Shown in pieces: positions 48,462-58,837 of a stretch of DNA of 64,000 nucleotides (within the stretch, counting starts at the first letter, position 1; the number at the start of each line of letters is the position of its first letter). The position numbers were made by a program, and so were the translations under genes. The notes beneath the pieces were generated by a model. That model ran no database searches. It was not told the DNA's origin and saw nothing but the letters and a program-made list of their open reading frames with translations. Origin of the DNA: an uncultured Acidobacteriota bacterium (GTDB taxonomy: Bacteria > Acidobacteriota > Terriglobia > Terriglobales > Acidobacteriaceae); assembly GCA_963830225.1 (NCBI GenBank), contig CAWHLO010000003.1, positions 253,812 to 317,811 on the forward strand. Reading direction: 5' to 3'.

Positions 48462-51400
48462 ATGATGCATCTTTTCACAAGATTGATTAACAGTTTCCCA
48501 ACGGGGTCTGAAAGTAAGAGATCGCCGTGGAAACGCCTAGCAATGTATGCCGCGATCATTGCGACGCTCGTGGCATTCACGCCTATCGCGAGGGGCCAGG
48601 AGAACGCGACCGTTTCCGGAACCGTGACGGACTCCACCGGCGCGGTGGTTCCCGGCGCCCAGGTTTCTCTCACCAACACGGCGACCGGCGTTACAAGAAC
48701 AGTCACCAGCAACTCCGTCGGTGCCTATCGGTTTCCGAACGTGGGCATCGGCACCTTTAACATGGTTGTCACCGCGACCGGGTTTGCCAAATTCACCAGA
48801 ACCGGCATCGTGGTAAACGTGGCGTCGTCCGTCGTGGCAGACGCCCAGCTCAATGTAGGCAGTCAGGCGCAGACGGTTACCGTCGCGGCACAGGCCTTGC
48901 AGGTACAGACTGAGACGAGCCAGTTAAGCACGCTGATCAGTGGTCAGCAGGTCCGGCAGCTTTCCACCAACGGCCGTAACATCGTCCAGCTTGCGGCTCT
49001 CGGCATGGGCGTCTCCAGCACCCTTCCCTCTTTCGGCGGAGTCGCCGCGCTGACATCGGCAAACGGCATCAGCTTCAACGGAACCAGGTCGACTCACAAC
49101 ATCTACCTGCTGGACGGCGGCGAATTGAACGACCGCGGTTGCGGTGGGTGCTATATGGTTCTGCCTTCGCAGGACGCGATTGCGGAATTCAAGACCCTCG
49201 ACAGTAACTACAGCCCCGATTACGGACTCGGTTCCGGTGGAACCATCACCATGGTGCTCAAGTCGGGCACAAGGAACTTCCACGGAGAAGTCTACGAGTT
49301 CAACCGCAACACGGCCTATAACGCCAACGACTACTTCAACAAGCGGGGTGGTAATCCGCGGCCGAAGTTCCAACTGAACGAGCCCGGCGGCAACATTGGC
49401 GGCCCGCTCTTCATTCCGGGTGTATACAACACCAACAAGACGCGCACCTTCTTCTTCGTGAACGAAGAATGGCGCCGACTGATCCAGGGCAGCAATCCTT
49501 CGGTGTCCAACACCATCATGTCGAGCAACTTCCCAACCGCGGGTCAGGATCTGCATTACACGCTACGGCCCGGGGACAATACAATTCCGATCGTTCCCGA
49601 TCTTCCCAACAACGCGACCCTAAGCGGCCAGAACGGTCTGTATGCACAAGACGGCCTGACCCCGGGGCAGGCGTTCCCGCAAGACAGCTCTGGACGATAT
49701 GTGATCCCCGCCAACCTGATCGACCAGAACATGGTGGCATTACTGAATGCCGGCACTTTCCCGAAGCCAAACCTGGGCAGCACCCAGTACATCGTGTCGA
49801 TCCCGGCGCCCACCTACGTTCGTGAGGACGTGGTACGCATCGACCACACGATCAACAGCAAGATGCAGCTCATGGGCCACTACGTTCATGATGCGGTGAA
49901 GCCCACGTTCTTCCCGCCGTTGTGGACAGGCAGCTATCCCACGGTCGGAACTCAGATGAACAATCCGTCGTATTCGGCGGTAATCAAGCTGACCCAGACC
50001 TACTCGCCAACCCTGCTGAACGAAACTACCTTCAGCTACAGCGGCAACAAGATCTTCCTGACGCCGATCCCCGCTGCCGGTTACTCCATCACGAAGCCTG
50101 AAGGCTGGAACGCAACAACTTTCTTCCCGCCAAGCCAGCAGGCGACCAATGACATGCCGGCAATCAGTCTGAACGGCGCCCCGTTTGGAGCCAACTGGAA
50201 TGAAAGCTACTACCCATGGAAGAACGGTTTCGAAGGCTTTGAATACCGCGACGATCTTTCCTGGATCAAGGGTCATCACCAGTTCAAGTTCGGCTTCGAC
50301 TACTTCCACTACTACAAAAACCAGCAGTTGCAGGCCAACACGCAGGGCAGTGCGTCCTTTAGCAACAGCAGCTTCAGCGAAAACAACTACATCAATGCTC
50401 TTCTCGGTTTTGCTGACACCTTTACCCAACTGGACTATCTGGCGGGCAAGCACTGGGTGAGCAACAACTATGGCCTCTACGTCATGGACAACTGGCATGT
50501 GACCCCGCGGCTGGTTCTGAACCTTGGAATCCGCTGGGACGGAATGCCGCACACCTTTGAACGCTACGACCAGTTCTCAAACTTTGTGGCGGGCGACTAC
50601 GACCAATCGGCAGGCAATCCGCTGAATCAATCGAACGGCGCCCTGCTCCCGTCATTCCTCACCAGCGTCAACGGTGGCCAGTTTTACCTGAACGGCATGA
50701 GGTCGGCAGGCAAGAATGGTTTCCCGCGCGGCGTTGTCAAGAACGACTACAAGACCTGGCAGCCGCGTCTCGGCTTCAACTGGGATCTCAACGGCAATGG
50801 AAAGACCGTTATGAGGGCCGGCATTGGCTTGTTCTACGAACGTATTCAGGGTAACGATGTTTACAATGCAGCCTTGAATCCGCCGTTTGCCTACCAGCCG
50901 CAAGGTACGAACGTCTCCTTCTCGAACCCAAATCAAAGCGTTCTGACCGGGGAGACGGCCAACTTGCAGATCTTCCCGTCACAGGTCACCAACATCAAAT
51001 ACCACTATCCACATCCGGGCACTGCGAACTACAGCTTCGGCATCCAGCACCAGCTTGCGCCTTCGGTGGTGATGCAGATCCAGTACGTTGGCTCCGATGG
51101 ATGGAACCAGAATGACGACCGGCAGATTAACACTCTGCCATTGAACAGCACCCACCGCGAAGCGGTTGCAAACGGCAGCACAAACTCGAACCTCTGGCGC
51201 CAGTACCTGGGATACAACAACATCCGCCAGGAGGAAAACGAGGTTAACTTCAATTACAACTCCTTCCAGGCAGGCCTCCGCATGGAGAACCGGCATGGTC
51301 TCACCACGCAGTTGGCGTATACCTGGTCGCACCTGATCGACATCGGGCAGAACGATCTGAACCAACTGTCCAATCCGTTCAACGCCAAATACGATCGCGG

Positions 51401-51971
51401 CTCGGATACAGGCTATGACAAGCGTCATATCTTCAACGCAAGCTACGTCTACAATCTCCCGTTCTACCGGACATCCCACAACTATGCGAAGCGGGCATTC
51501 CTTGGCGGATGGACGATTTCGGGAATCACACAGGCAACAAGCGGAACTCCTATTCGCGTCAACTATACCGGCACGAATACCTTGGGCCTGGGCGGCGGCA
51601 CTTCGAATCGTCCCGACCTGGTTTCCAAGGTGAGCTACCCGAAGACGGTAAACAAATGGTTCAGCACCAGTTCGTTTGCCAATCCGGTGGCGCCCTGGAA
51701 CGGTGGCACAGGCCAGGGCTTCGGCACGGCCGGAAAAGACTCGATGGTGGGTCCGGGCCTCTTCCTCTGGAACCTCTCGTTGTTCAAGACGATTCCGTTC
51801 ACAGGACGGGAAAATGGACCGGCCCTGGACCTTCGCTTTGAATCGTTCAACACCTTCAACCACCCCAGCTGGACGGGCGTGAATACCAGTTCTGCCGACG
51901 GCAACTTTGGTCAGGTAACCAGTGACTACGGACCGCGTACGCTGGAACTGGGCGGTAAGATCACGTTCTAA
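48462..51971 (+). CDS. TonB-dependent receptor, Oar-like
   Basis: RBS AGGAGG; GTVTDSTGAVVPGA; LSTNGRNIVQL; DAIAEFK...YSPDYG; KSGTRNFHG; DNWHVTPRL; GPRTLELGGKITF. Confidence 0.92.
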   Translation: MMHLFTRLINSFPTGSESKRSPWKRLAMYAAIIATLVAFTPIARGQENATVSGTVTDSTGAVVPGAQVSLTNTATGVTRTVTSNSVGAYRFPNVGIGTFNMVVTATGFAKFTRTGIVVNVASSVVADAQLNVGSQAQTVTVAAQALQVQTETSQLSTLISGQQVRQLSTNGRNIVQLAALGMGVSSTLPSFGGVAALTSANGISFNGTRSTHNIYLLDGGELNDRGCGGCYMVLPSQDAIAEFKTLDSNYSPDYGLGSGGTITMVLKSGTRNFHGEVYEFNRNTAYNANDYFNKRGGNPRPKFQLNEPGGNIGGPLFIPGVYNTNKTRTFFFVNEEWRRLIQGSNPSVSNTIMSSNFPTAGQDLHYTLRPGDNTIPIVPDLPNNATLSGQNGLYAQDGLTPGQAFPQDSSGRYVIPANLIDQNMVALLNAGTFPKPNLGSTQYIVSIPAPTYVREDVVRIDHTINSKMQLMGHYVHDAVKPTFFPPLWTGSYPTVGTQMNNPSYSAVIKLTQTYSPTLLNETTFSYSGNKIFLTPIPAAGYSITKPEGWNATTFFPPSQQATNDMPAISLNGAPFGANWNESYYPWKNGFEGFEYRDDLSWIKGHHQFKFGFDYFHYYKNQQLQANTQGSASFSNSSFSENNYINALLGFADTFTQLDYLAGKHWVSNNYGLYVMDNWHVTPRLVLNLGIRWDGMPHTFERYDQFSNFVAGDYDQSAGNPLNQSNGALLPSFLTSVNGGQFYLNGMRSAGKNGFPRGVVKNDYKTWQPRLGFNWDLNGNGKTVMRAGIGLFYERIQGNDVYNAALNPPFAYQPQGTNVSFSNPNQSVLTGETANLQIFPSQVTNIKYHYPHPGTANYSFGIQHQLAPSVVMQIQYVGSDGWNQNDDRQINTLPLNSTHREAVANGSTNSNLWRQYLGYNNIRQEENEVNFNYNSFQAGLRMENRHGLTTQLAYTWSHLIDIGQNDLNQLSNPFNAKYDRGSDTGYDKRHIFNASYVYNLPFYRTSHNYAKRAFLGGWTISGITQATSGTPIRVNYTGTNTLGLGGGTSNRPDLVSKVSYPKTVNKWFSTSSFANPVAPWNGGTGQGFGTAGKDSMVGPGLFLWNLSLFKTIPFTGRENGPALDLRFESFNTFNHPSWTGVNTSSADGNFGQVTSDYGPRTLELGGKITF

Positions 51972-51992
51972 ATCTTAGGGTTTCCCTAACGA

Positions 51993-52030
51993 GGGCGCGG
52001 CCTGCAATTTGGGCCGCGCCCCTTTTTCTT
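51993..52030 (+). terminator. Intrinsic terminator after TBDR 2
   Basis: GGGCGCGGCC-N8-GGCCGCGCCC followed by CTTTTTCTT. Confidence 0.8.
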
Positions 52031-52079
52031 TCAGGGGGACTTTTTGAATTTGCTTACCCGGCGCGATAATGGAATAGAG

Positions 52080-53285
52080 GTGCAGGTGAGACAAGTTGTG
52101 AAGATCGGGCTCGCCGCGGTTGCGGTGTTGGCAGTTTCCATCGCCATTGGCCAGGCGCAAACGGCGCCGGCGGCTGCCCGGGAACGCCAGGCAGCGCTCA
52201 CGCTGGAGCAGCGGGGTCAACTTACCCAGGCTGAAGAGGCATGGCGTTCCCTGCTCCGGGTTCATCCCAACGACGCGGAAGCCTACGCCCACCTGGGTTT
52301 GCTGGAAGCACGGCAGCAACATTTCGACGCTGCGGTACCGCTTTATCGGAAAGCCCTGGCGCTCGATCCGAGTGTTTCGGGCGTGCGTCTTGACCTTGGA
52401 CTTTCGCTCTTCAAATCGGGCCAGCTCAAGCCGGCCATCGAGACCTTTTCCCAGTTGCTGAAGAACCAGCCGGCCACGTCTCCCCAGGCAATGCGGCTGA
52501 TGACGCTGATAGGAATCTCCCACTACGGATTGGGTGAATACGCTGCCGCGGTTCCCTACCTGAAAAAGGTGACAGCCGGCGAACCGCAAAATCTTCCTTA
52601 TCGTCTTTTGCTCGCTCAAAGCTGTATGTGGTCGAAACAGTTCCAATGCGTGCTCGACACCTATCACCAGATCCTGGTGCTGAATCCGGAATCAGCCGAA
52701 GCACATATGCTTGCCGGCGAGGCATACGATGAGCTGAAGAATGAGGCCGGTGCTACGCGGGAATTTCGCGCAGCCGTACAGGCGAACCCCAAATTGCCCT
52801 ATGCGCACTTTGGGCTCGGCTATCTGCTTTGGGGCCAGAATAAGCTCCCTGAGGCCGTGGAGCAGTTCAAGGCAGAACTCCAGAATGTCCCCGATGAAGC
52901 CGACGCGATGGCTTACCTCGGTGACTGCTATATGCAGATGAACCAGCCGGCCGAGGCCCTGCCGCTTCTTGAGAAGGCTGCCCGCATCAATCCCGCGTTG
53001 CCTCGCCCGCACGTGGATCTTGGCATCCTGTATTCCCAGGCCGGAGAGAAGGAAAAAGCGCTGCAGCAGTTGAAAGTGGCTGCCAAATTAGCGCCCAACG
53101 ACGTGAACGTGCACTGGCGCCTGGGCAAGCTTTACATGGTGCTGGGAAAGCGGGATCTGGCAAAAGCGGAATTTGCGAAGACGAAGAGCTTGAATAAAGC
53201 CCACCAGAACACCATCTTCACTGAGCTTCATGCCGCGCAAGCCAGGGGTAAGCCGAAGAACGGTCCGGAACCGCTGGCTAAGTAG
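52080..53285 (+). CDS. Exported tetratricopeptide-repeat protein
   Basis: Signal-like VKIGLAAVAVLAVSIAIGQA; tandem TPRs (AYAHLGLL, AHFGLGYLL, PHVDLGILY); start approximate. Confidence 0.87.
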   Translation: MQVRQVVKIGLAAVAVLAVSIAIGQAQTAPAAARERQAALTLEQRGQLTQAEEAWRSLLRVHPNDAEAYAHLGLLEARQQHFDAAVPLYRKALALDPSVSGVRLDLGLSLFKSGQLKPAIETFSQLLKNQPATSPQAMRLMTLIGISHYGLGEYAAAVPYLKKVTAGEPQNLPYRLLLAQSCMWSKQFQCVLDTYHQILVLNPESAEAHMLAGEAYDELKNEAGATREFRAAVQANPKLPYAHFGLGYLLWGQNKLPEAVEQFKAELQNVPDEADAMAYLGDCYMQMNQPAEALPLLEKAARINPALPRPHVDLGILYSQAGEKEKALQQLKVAAKLAPNDVNVHWRLGKLYMVLGKRDLAKAEFAKTKSLNKAHQNTIFTELHAAQARGKPKNGPEPLAK

Positions 53286-53391
53286 ATAATGCGGTTTTGC
53301 GGAGCCCGGATAAGTGCTACGGCAGCGCCGGCGAGCTTCCAACACTCCCGATAAAATTGGCGATAAAACGTTTTTCCAGAAGAGAAAACCA

Positions 53392-53420
53392 TTGACAGGC
53401 AGAGCCGCGCCCGATAGAGT
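53392..53420 (+). promoter_or_regulatory. Putative sigma70 promoter for GH3
   Basis: TTGACA-N17-TAGAGT. Confidence 0.55.
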
Positions 53421-53492
53421 GAGGCCCGGGTAACCATTGCATTTCTTAGTGTGCATTTTAGCGCGGAGCATAGTGGCCGCCAGGGGGAGAGT

Positions 53493-56153
53493 ATGAAAAC
53501 TTCAATGTTGCGGATTTTTGCAACCGCACTGTTGGGCTGTGGACTGGTGTATCTAGCGGGCGCACAGCAGAAGCAGAAGCCTGCCTATCTGAACACAAAC
53601 CTAACGCCCGAGCAGCGTGCTGCCGATCTTGTTAGCCGGATGACTCTTCAGGAAAAGGCCTCGCAGTTGGTCAACGACGCCCGCGCTATTCCGCGGCTGG
53701 GCGTGCCGGCCTACAACTGGTGGAGCGAGGCGCTTCACGGAGTGATCGACACCGGCGTAACAGAGTTCCCTGAGCCGATTGGCCTCGGCGCTACCTTTGA
53801 CGTCCCGGGAATTCATGCCATGGCCACCGATATCGGCATTGAGGGACGCATTAAGCATGTGCAGGATGTGCGCGCCGGACATGTCGGCATCATGGGCGGG
53901 CTCGATTTCTGGGCCCCGAATCTCAATATCTTCCGCGACCCGCGCTGGGGCCGTGGCCAGGAAACCTATGGAGAAGACCCCTTCCTGACGGGCCGCATGG
54001 GCGTGGCCTTTGTTACCGGTATGCAGGGCAACAACCCGAAATACTACCGCGTAATCGCAACACCCAAGCACTTCGACGTGCATAGCGGACCGGAGCCTAC
54101 GCGGCATTTCGCTGACATTGACGTCAGCAAGCACGACGAACTCGATACCTATGAGCCGGCGTTCCGCGCGGCCATCGTGCAAGGCAAAGCCGGATCCATC
54201 ATGTGCGCTTACAACGGGATTAACGGAGAGCCGGCCTGTGCGAACCAGTATCTGCTTCAGGACCAGCTTCGCGGGAAGTGGGGCTTCCAGGGATATGTGG
54301 TTTCCGACTGCGATGCGGTCCGGGACATTTACAGAGGCCACCATTACCGGCCGACTCAGGCCCAGGCCTCGGCAATTTCGGTGGAACGCGGGATGGACAA
54401 CGAATGTTATGGCGGTGGCCCCGGCGTCAAGGACGATTCCGATTACAAGCCCTTCATTGAAGCCGTTCAACAGGGCTATCTTTCTGAGACTGCAATGGAC
54501 ACCGCGCTCATCCGCCTGTTTACAGCACGGATGAAGCTAGGCATGTTTGACCCGCCTGACATGGTTCCCTACACGAAGATCCCCGAGAGCGAGCTGAGCA
54601 GCCCCGCGCACCGCGCGCTGGCGCGCAAGCTTGCGAATGAATCGATGGTGCTGCTGAAAAATGACGGCACGCTGCCCCTCAAACCGGATGTCAAGAGCAT
54701 CGCTGTGGTCGGTCCGCTGGCTGATCAGACACAGGTTCTGCTCGGGAACTACGCGGGAAGACCCACGCACACCGTTTCCATGCTCGAAGGCCTCAAAGCA
54801 GCGTTCCCAAAGGCGAAGATCACCTTCGTGCCGGGAACTCAGTTTTTACGCAACGACGGACATCCAGTGCCGGATAACCTGCTGACAACGCCGGATGGAA
54901 AACCGGGGCTGAAGACGGAGTACAGAAAGATCCAGGGTATGCGGTTCGGCCGCGGTCCCATGCCGAAGCCGGTCGTCAGCCGCGTTGAGCCGAATGTAAA
55001 CCTCAGCAAGAGCAGTCTCCCATCGCAGCTTGCCGGAGAAAAGTCCATTGGCGTGCAGTGGACAGGCTTCCTTACGCCCCAGGAATCCGGCGACTACTAC
55101 ATCGGCGTCAAGGCCGATGGCTTTGCCATGCTGAGTGTAAACGGCAAACAAGTGGCGCGGGAGTTCAGGACCCATGGCGTTCAAGGAAAGGTTGGGCGCG
55201 TGCACCTGGACAAAGGCGACAGAGTCGCCCTGAGCATTAACTACGGCAACACTGATGGAAACCCTCACGTGCAGCTCATCTGGGCGCCCGTGAACAATGC
55301 TCCTTCTCCTGAAGCCATTGCTGCAGCGAAGAACGCTGACGTAGTTATCGCAGTCGTCGGTATCACCAGCCAGCTTGAGGGCGAAGAAATGCCCGTAAGC
55401 GAGCCCGGATTCCTCGGAGGAGACCGCACCAGCATTAATTTGCCCGAACCGGAAGAGAATCTCGTCCAGGGAGTAGCGGCAACAGGCAAGCCTCTGGTTG
55501 TGGTGCTCATGAACGGCAGCGCACTGGCTGTGAATTGGATTAACCAGCACGCCAATGCGGTCCTCGAAGCCTGGTACTCCGGCGAAGAAGGCGGTAATGC
55601 AATCGCCGACACGCTGAGCGGCAAAAATGACCCCGCTGGCCGGCTGCCGGTCACGTTCTATAAGGACATCAGCCAGTTGCCGCATTTCGAGGACTACTCG
55701 ATGGCAGACCGCACCTACCGCTACTTCAAAGGGAAGCCGCTCTATCCCTTCGGTTATGGCCTGAGCTACACAACCTTCAGCTACAGCGGTCTCACTCTGC
55801 CAAAGGAAACAGTGAATGCAGGCGCTCCAGTCGACGCCGATGTCACCGTGACCAACACAGGGAAGGTCGCAGGCGACGAGGTTGTAGAGCTTTATCTGAA
55901 GTTTCCGCCGGTGGCGGGCGCGCCAGACATCGCTCTCCGTGGCTTCCAGCGCATTCATCTCGCTCCGGGGGCAAGCCAGAAGGTTCATTTCGAGCTGAAG
56001 AACCGGGACTTGGGCATGGTGACCGCGGATGGCCACCCCATCATCGCCGGCGGTAATTACACGATCAGCATTGGGGGCGGTCAACCCGATACGGGAGCAC
56101 CGGTAGTCACTGGGCACTTCCACATCGACGGCCGGCTCGCCTTGCCGGAATAA
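53493..56153 (+). CDS. Secreted GH3 beta-glucosidase/beta-xylosidase with PA14-like insert and Fn3-like C-terminus
   Basis: FWAPNLNIFRDPRWGRGQETYGEDP, ATPKHF, VVSDC, SMVLLKND, EGEEM, PAGRLPVTFY, PFGYGLSY. Confidence 0.93.
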   Translation: MKTSMLRIFATALLGCGLVYLAGAQQKQKPAYLNTNLTPEQRAADLVSRMTLQEKASQLVNDARAIPRLGVPAYNWWSEALHGVIDTGVTEFPEPIGLGATFDVPGIHAMATDIGIEGRIKHVQDVRAGHVGIMGGLDFWAPNLNIFRDPRWGRGQETYGEDPFLTGRMGVAFVTGMQGNNPKYYRVIATPKHFDVHSGPEPTRHFADIDVSKHDELDTYEPAFRAAIVQGKAGSIMCAYNGINGEPACANQYLLQDQLRGKWGFQGYVVSDCDAVRDIYRGHHYRPTQAQASAISVERGMDNECYGGGPGVKDDSDYKPFIEAVQQGYLSETAMDTALIRLFTARMKLGMFDPPDMVPYTKIPESELSSPAHRALARKLANESMVLLKNDGTLPLKPDVKSIAVVGPLADQTQVLLGNYAGRPTHTVSMLEGLKAAFPKAKITFVPGTQFLRNDGHPVPDNLLTTPDGKPGLKTEYRKIQGMRFGRGPMPKPVVSRVEPNVNLSKSSLPSQLAGEKSIGVQWTGFLTPQESGDYYIGVKADGFAMLSVNGKQVAREFRTHGVQGKVGRVHLDKGDRVALSINYGNTDGNPHVQLIWAPVNNAPSPEAIAAAKNADVVIAVVGITSQLEGEEMPVSEPGFLGGDRTSINLPEPEENLVQGVAATGKPLVVVLMNGSALAVNWINQHANAVLEAWYSGEEGGNAIADTLSGKNDPAGRLPVTFYKDISQLPHFEDYSMADRTYRYFKGKPLYPFGYGLSYTTFSYSGLTLPKETVNAGAPVDADVTVTNTGKVAGDEVVELYLKFPPVAGAPDIALRGFQRIHLAPGASQKVHFELKNRDLGMVTADGHPIIAGGNYTISIGGGQPDTGAPVVTGHFHIDGRLALPE

Positions 56154-56281
56154 ATAGGAAACAGATCTTTTCCAATTGCGCTGGGCGGTGCATAACATCT
56201 TCCATTTTCGACAGAAGATGCTATGCACCGCCCAGCATTACAATCTGGATCCCCACATCCCTCCAAATCCGTAGATACAGC

Positions 56282-58726
56282 TCACTGATTCCCTACGAAG
56301 CGATTCGAGTTCACATAGAGTTTTTCTCCCAGTGAGGCAGCCATGGTCAACCAGCGCTGCGCCTCCTCGTCCCCTGCTTCGGCGCGGATTTTACAGTCTG
56401 GAGCGTAGGCCTGCATCACTTCAAAGTAGATATTCTGCGCTCGCCACAGGTTCACGTCGAAGGGGAGCAGGGCGGAAATACTTGCGGCCTGCTCGAATGA
56501 CTGGAGCCGGGCAATGTCGTCAGGGTGCTGCTGCAGCGCGTGGGCGGCACGCTCCACTGTCCGCCGGAAGGTGAATTCCAGTGAGACGCGGTGGAGCGGG
56601 ATGCCGGCACGTTCGATCTGCGCGAGGATTTCGGCGATCCTGTCCGGCTCGGCGTGATCCTTGGAAAGTGCGGTGTACAGCTCTTCGTGGAGGGAAAAAT
56701 CGACAGCCATCTGAAACTGCGGCGACAGCGGAACACCCATCTCCGCCACGAATCGAATGAGAGACCCATATTGCGCGTAGAAGCCACGGTAGAGACCGGA
56801 GGCTTCAGCAGTGGCGTTGTCGAGAATGAGGTTGACGATTTTGCGCTGCTCGTCGCGGAAGAGGTAGCGCAGAGAAAACGTGCCGGTGGCGAAATTGCGG
56901 TCCACAGCGCGGATCAACTCTGGAAGATCGCCGCGGCGAAAAACTTCAGCGGTTTCGCCGGCCATGGCCTGATAGGCTTCATCGCCGCCGAAGGGACGCA
57001 CGCCGCCATAAACGTTCTGATCGCCCAGATGCAGCACACCGAAGCTGATGACGTTCGACTCACGCGTGATGTCGGAAGTAATAGTCACTTTTCCCAGCGC
57101 GAGGCGCGCCTTGCCTTCCTGAAGCAGGCGAAAATCATTTCGTTTTACTGAGTAGCAGTAGATCTGCGACTTGTCACCGTACTCATCGAAGAGCGAACTG
57201 ATGGCATAGTGCGCTCCAACCTTCTGCAGATCGACGACCGAAGGGCGAACAAATTTCTCAAAGATTTTGCGTCCATTGCCGTACTCGGGAATGTTGCTCT
57301 TGGCGCTCTCGAGCCTCTCCAGAAATCCTTCTTCAAGGCTATCGCCGGTCAGCTCTTCGGCCAGTTGCAGAGCGCGTGCGGCGTACTGAATCACCTGTAC
57401 CGTCTCGATGCCGGAGATTTCATCAAAGAACCAACCGCAACTTGTGTACATGAGCATGGCATGGCGCTGAATCTCCAGCAGCTTGAGCGCCACGGCCTGG
57501 TCTTTGCTTGAAAGCGGGGCGCGCGCGTGGCGGCTGAAGAAGCGCTTCACGCTTGAGCGCGCGCGGTCAAGAACTACGTCAATATATTCGTCGCGGGCAT
57601 GCCATGGATCCGCAAAGAATGCCGCAGCGCGCGTCTCGAACTCCTCCGCAAGCTTGTCGCGAAGCCAGTCGAGCGCTTCGCGCAGCGGGGCGCGCCACTC
57701 CTGGTTCCAGCCGGGATGGCCGCCGGAGTTGCAGCCGCAGTTCCCGCGCCAGCGCTCAACGCCGTGGAAGCAGCTCCACGAGCTGTTCTCGACAATCTGC
57801 ACCTCATGGGCCGGTGGATGCCTGTCGAGGAACTCGGCGTAATTGGTCAATTGTGCGATCTGATCGGACTCGATGTAGTGCAGCGCGTAGGCAAGCGCCA
57901 TGTCACCATAGCGACGGTGGTGTCCGTAGGTTTCGCCATCGGTCGCCATGTGGACAAGTTGCGGCCATTCGCGCCTGTCAGAGAATGCCCCGGCGAGACG
58001 ATGCGCCAGATTTTCGCCGCGGTCGAGAAGGTTCTCAAAGGCCACCGCCTTCGATATGGGACCGTCGTAGAAAAACAGGTTGATGCTCTGCCCCGATGGA
58101 AGACGATGCAGATAGACCGTCGAGGGATCGATGCGTCCGCCTTTGACATCGCGCCATGCGCGCGCGCCGCGAGAACGGGCACGGCCGGCTTGAAAGGGGC
58201 TGAGAACTGTGAAGCGAATGCCGGCAGCGGCCAGGATCTCCAGAGTCTCAATATCTACGGCGGTTTCAGGCAGCCACATGCCCTCAGGCATTCTGCCAAA
58301 GCGCGACTTGAAATCGCGAATGCCCCAAAGTACCTGCGTACGCTTATCGCGGCTGTTAGCCAGCGGCAGAATCATGTGGTTGTATGCCTGCGCCATGGCG
58401 GAACCATGCCCTGAAAATTGGCGCCGGCTCTGGCGGTCAGCGTCGAGCACCGACCGGTAAACCTGCGGCGCGTTATCTTTCATCCAGGCAAGCAGAGTGG
58501 GACCGAAGTTGTAGCTGATATGTGCGTAGTTGTTGACGATGCGCTCGATACGGCCGTCGGCGTTGAGGATTCGGGCGGCGCTGTTGGGCGCGTAGCACTC
58601 GGCCGTAATCCGCTCATTCCAATCGTGATAGGGATAGGCAGAATCCTGAAGCTCGATTGCCTCCAGCCATGGATTCTCCCGGGGCGGTTGATAGAAGTGG
58701 CCATGAATGCAGATGTAACGTGCCAA
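56282..58726 (-). CDS. GH57-family alpha-glucan-active protein with DUF3536
   Basis: ICIHGHFYQPPRENPW, GMWLPETAVD, ATDGETYGHH, MYTSCGWFFD; TTG start with RBS GGAGG. Confidence 0.88.
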   Translation of the reverse strand: MARYICIHGHFYQPPRENPWLEAIELQDSAYPYHDWNERITAECYAPNSAARILNADGRIERIVNNYAHISYNFGPTLLAWMKDNAPQVYRSVLDADRQSRRQFSGHGSAMAQAYNHMILPLANSRDKRTQVLWGIRDFKSRFGRMPEGMWLPETAVDIETLEILAAAGIRFTVLSPFQAGRARSRGARAWRDVKGGRIDPSTVYLHRLPSGQSINLFFYDGPISKAVAFENLLDRGENLAHRLAGAFSDRREWPQLVHMATDGETYGHHRRYGDMALAYALHYIESDQIAQLTNYAEFLDRHPPAHEVQIVENSSWSCFHGVERWRGNCGCNSGGHPGWNQEWRAPLREALDWLRDKLAEEFETRAAAFFADPWHARDEYIDVVLDRARSSVKRFFSRHARAPLSSKDQAVALKLLEIQRHAMLMYTSCGWFFDEISGIETVQVIQYAARALQLAEELTGDSLEEGFLERLESAKSNIPEYGNGRKIFEKFVRPSVVDLQKVGAHYAISSLFDEYGDKSQIYCYSVKRNDFRLLQEGKARLALGKVTITSDITRESNVISFGVLHLGDQNVYGGVRPFGGDEAYQAMAGETAEVFRRGDLPELIRAVDRNFATGTFSLRYLFRDEQRKIVNLILDNATAEASGLYRGFYAQYGSLIRFVAEMGVPLSPQFQMAVDFSLHEELYTALSKDHAEPDRIAEILAQIERAGIPLHRVSLEFTFRRTVERAAHALQQHPDDIARLQSFEQAASISALLPFDVNLWRAQNIYFEVMQAYAPDCKIRAEAGDEEAQRWLTMAASLGEKLYVNSNRFVGNQ

Positions 58727-58837
58727 TGCGGAACCTCCGATTCCTCTCCGTAAACTAACACCTGACAGCGGAGGAGTTGAAGCGGCTGCGCGCGTAGAGA
58801 ATTTTCGGACTACGGTACGCGGGGTTGCAGAATGGGC

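Noticed and set aside
54846-56228. Long antisense ORFs (e.g. 54846..56228, 3704..4579, 50979..51863, 53601..54470, 57599..58414)
   Set aside because: Overlap well-supported genes on the opposite strand; typical of GC-rich codon bias
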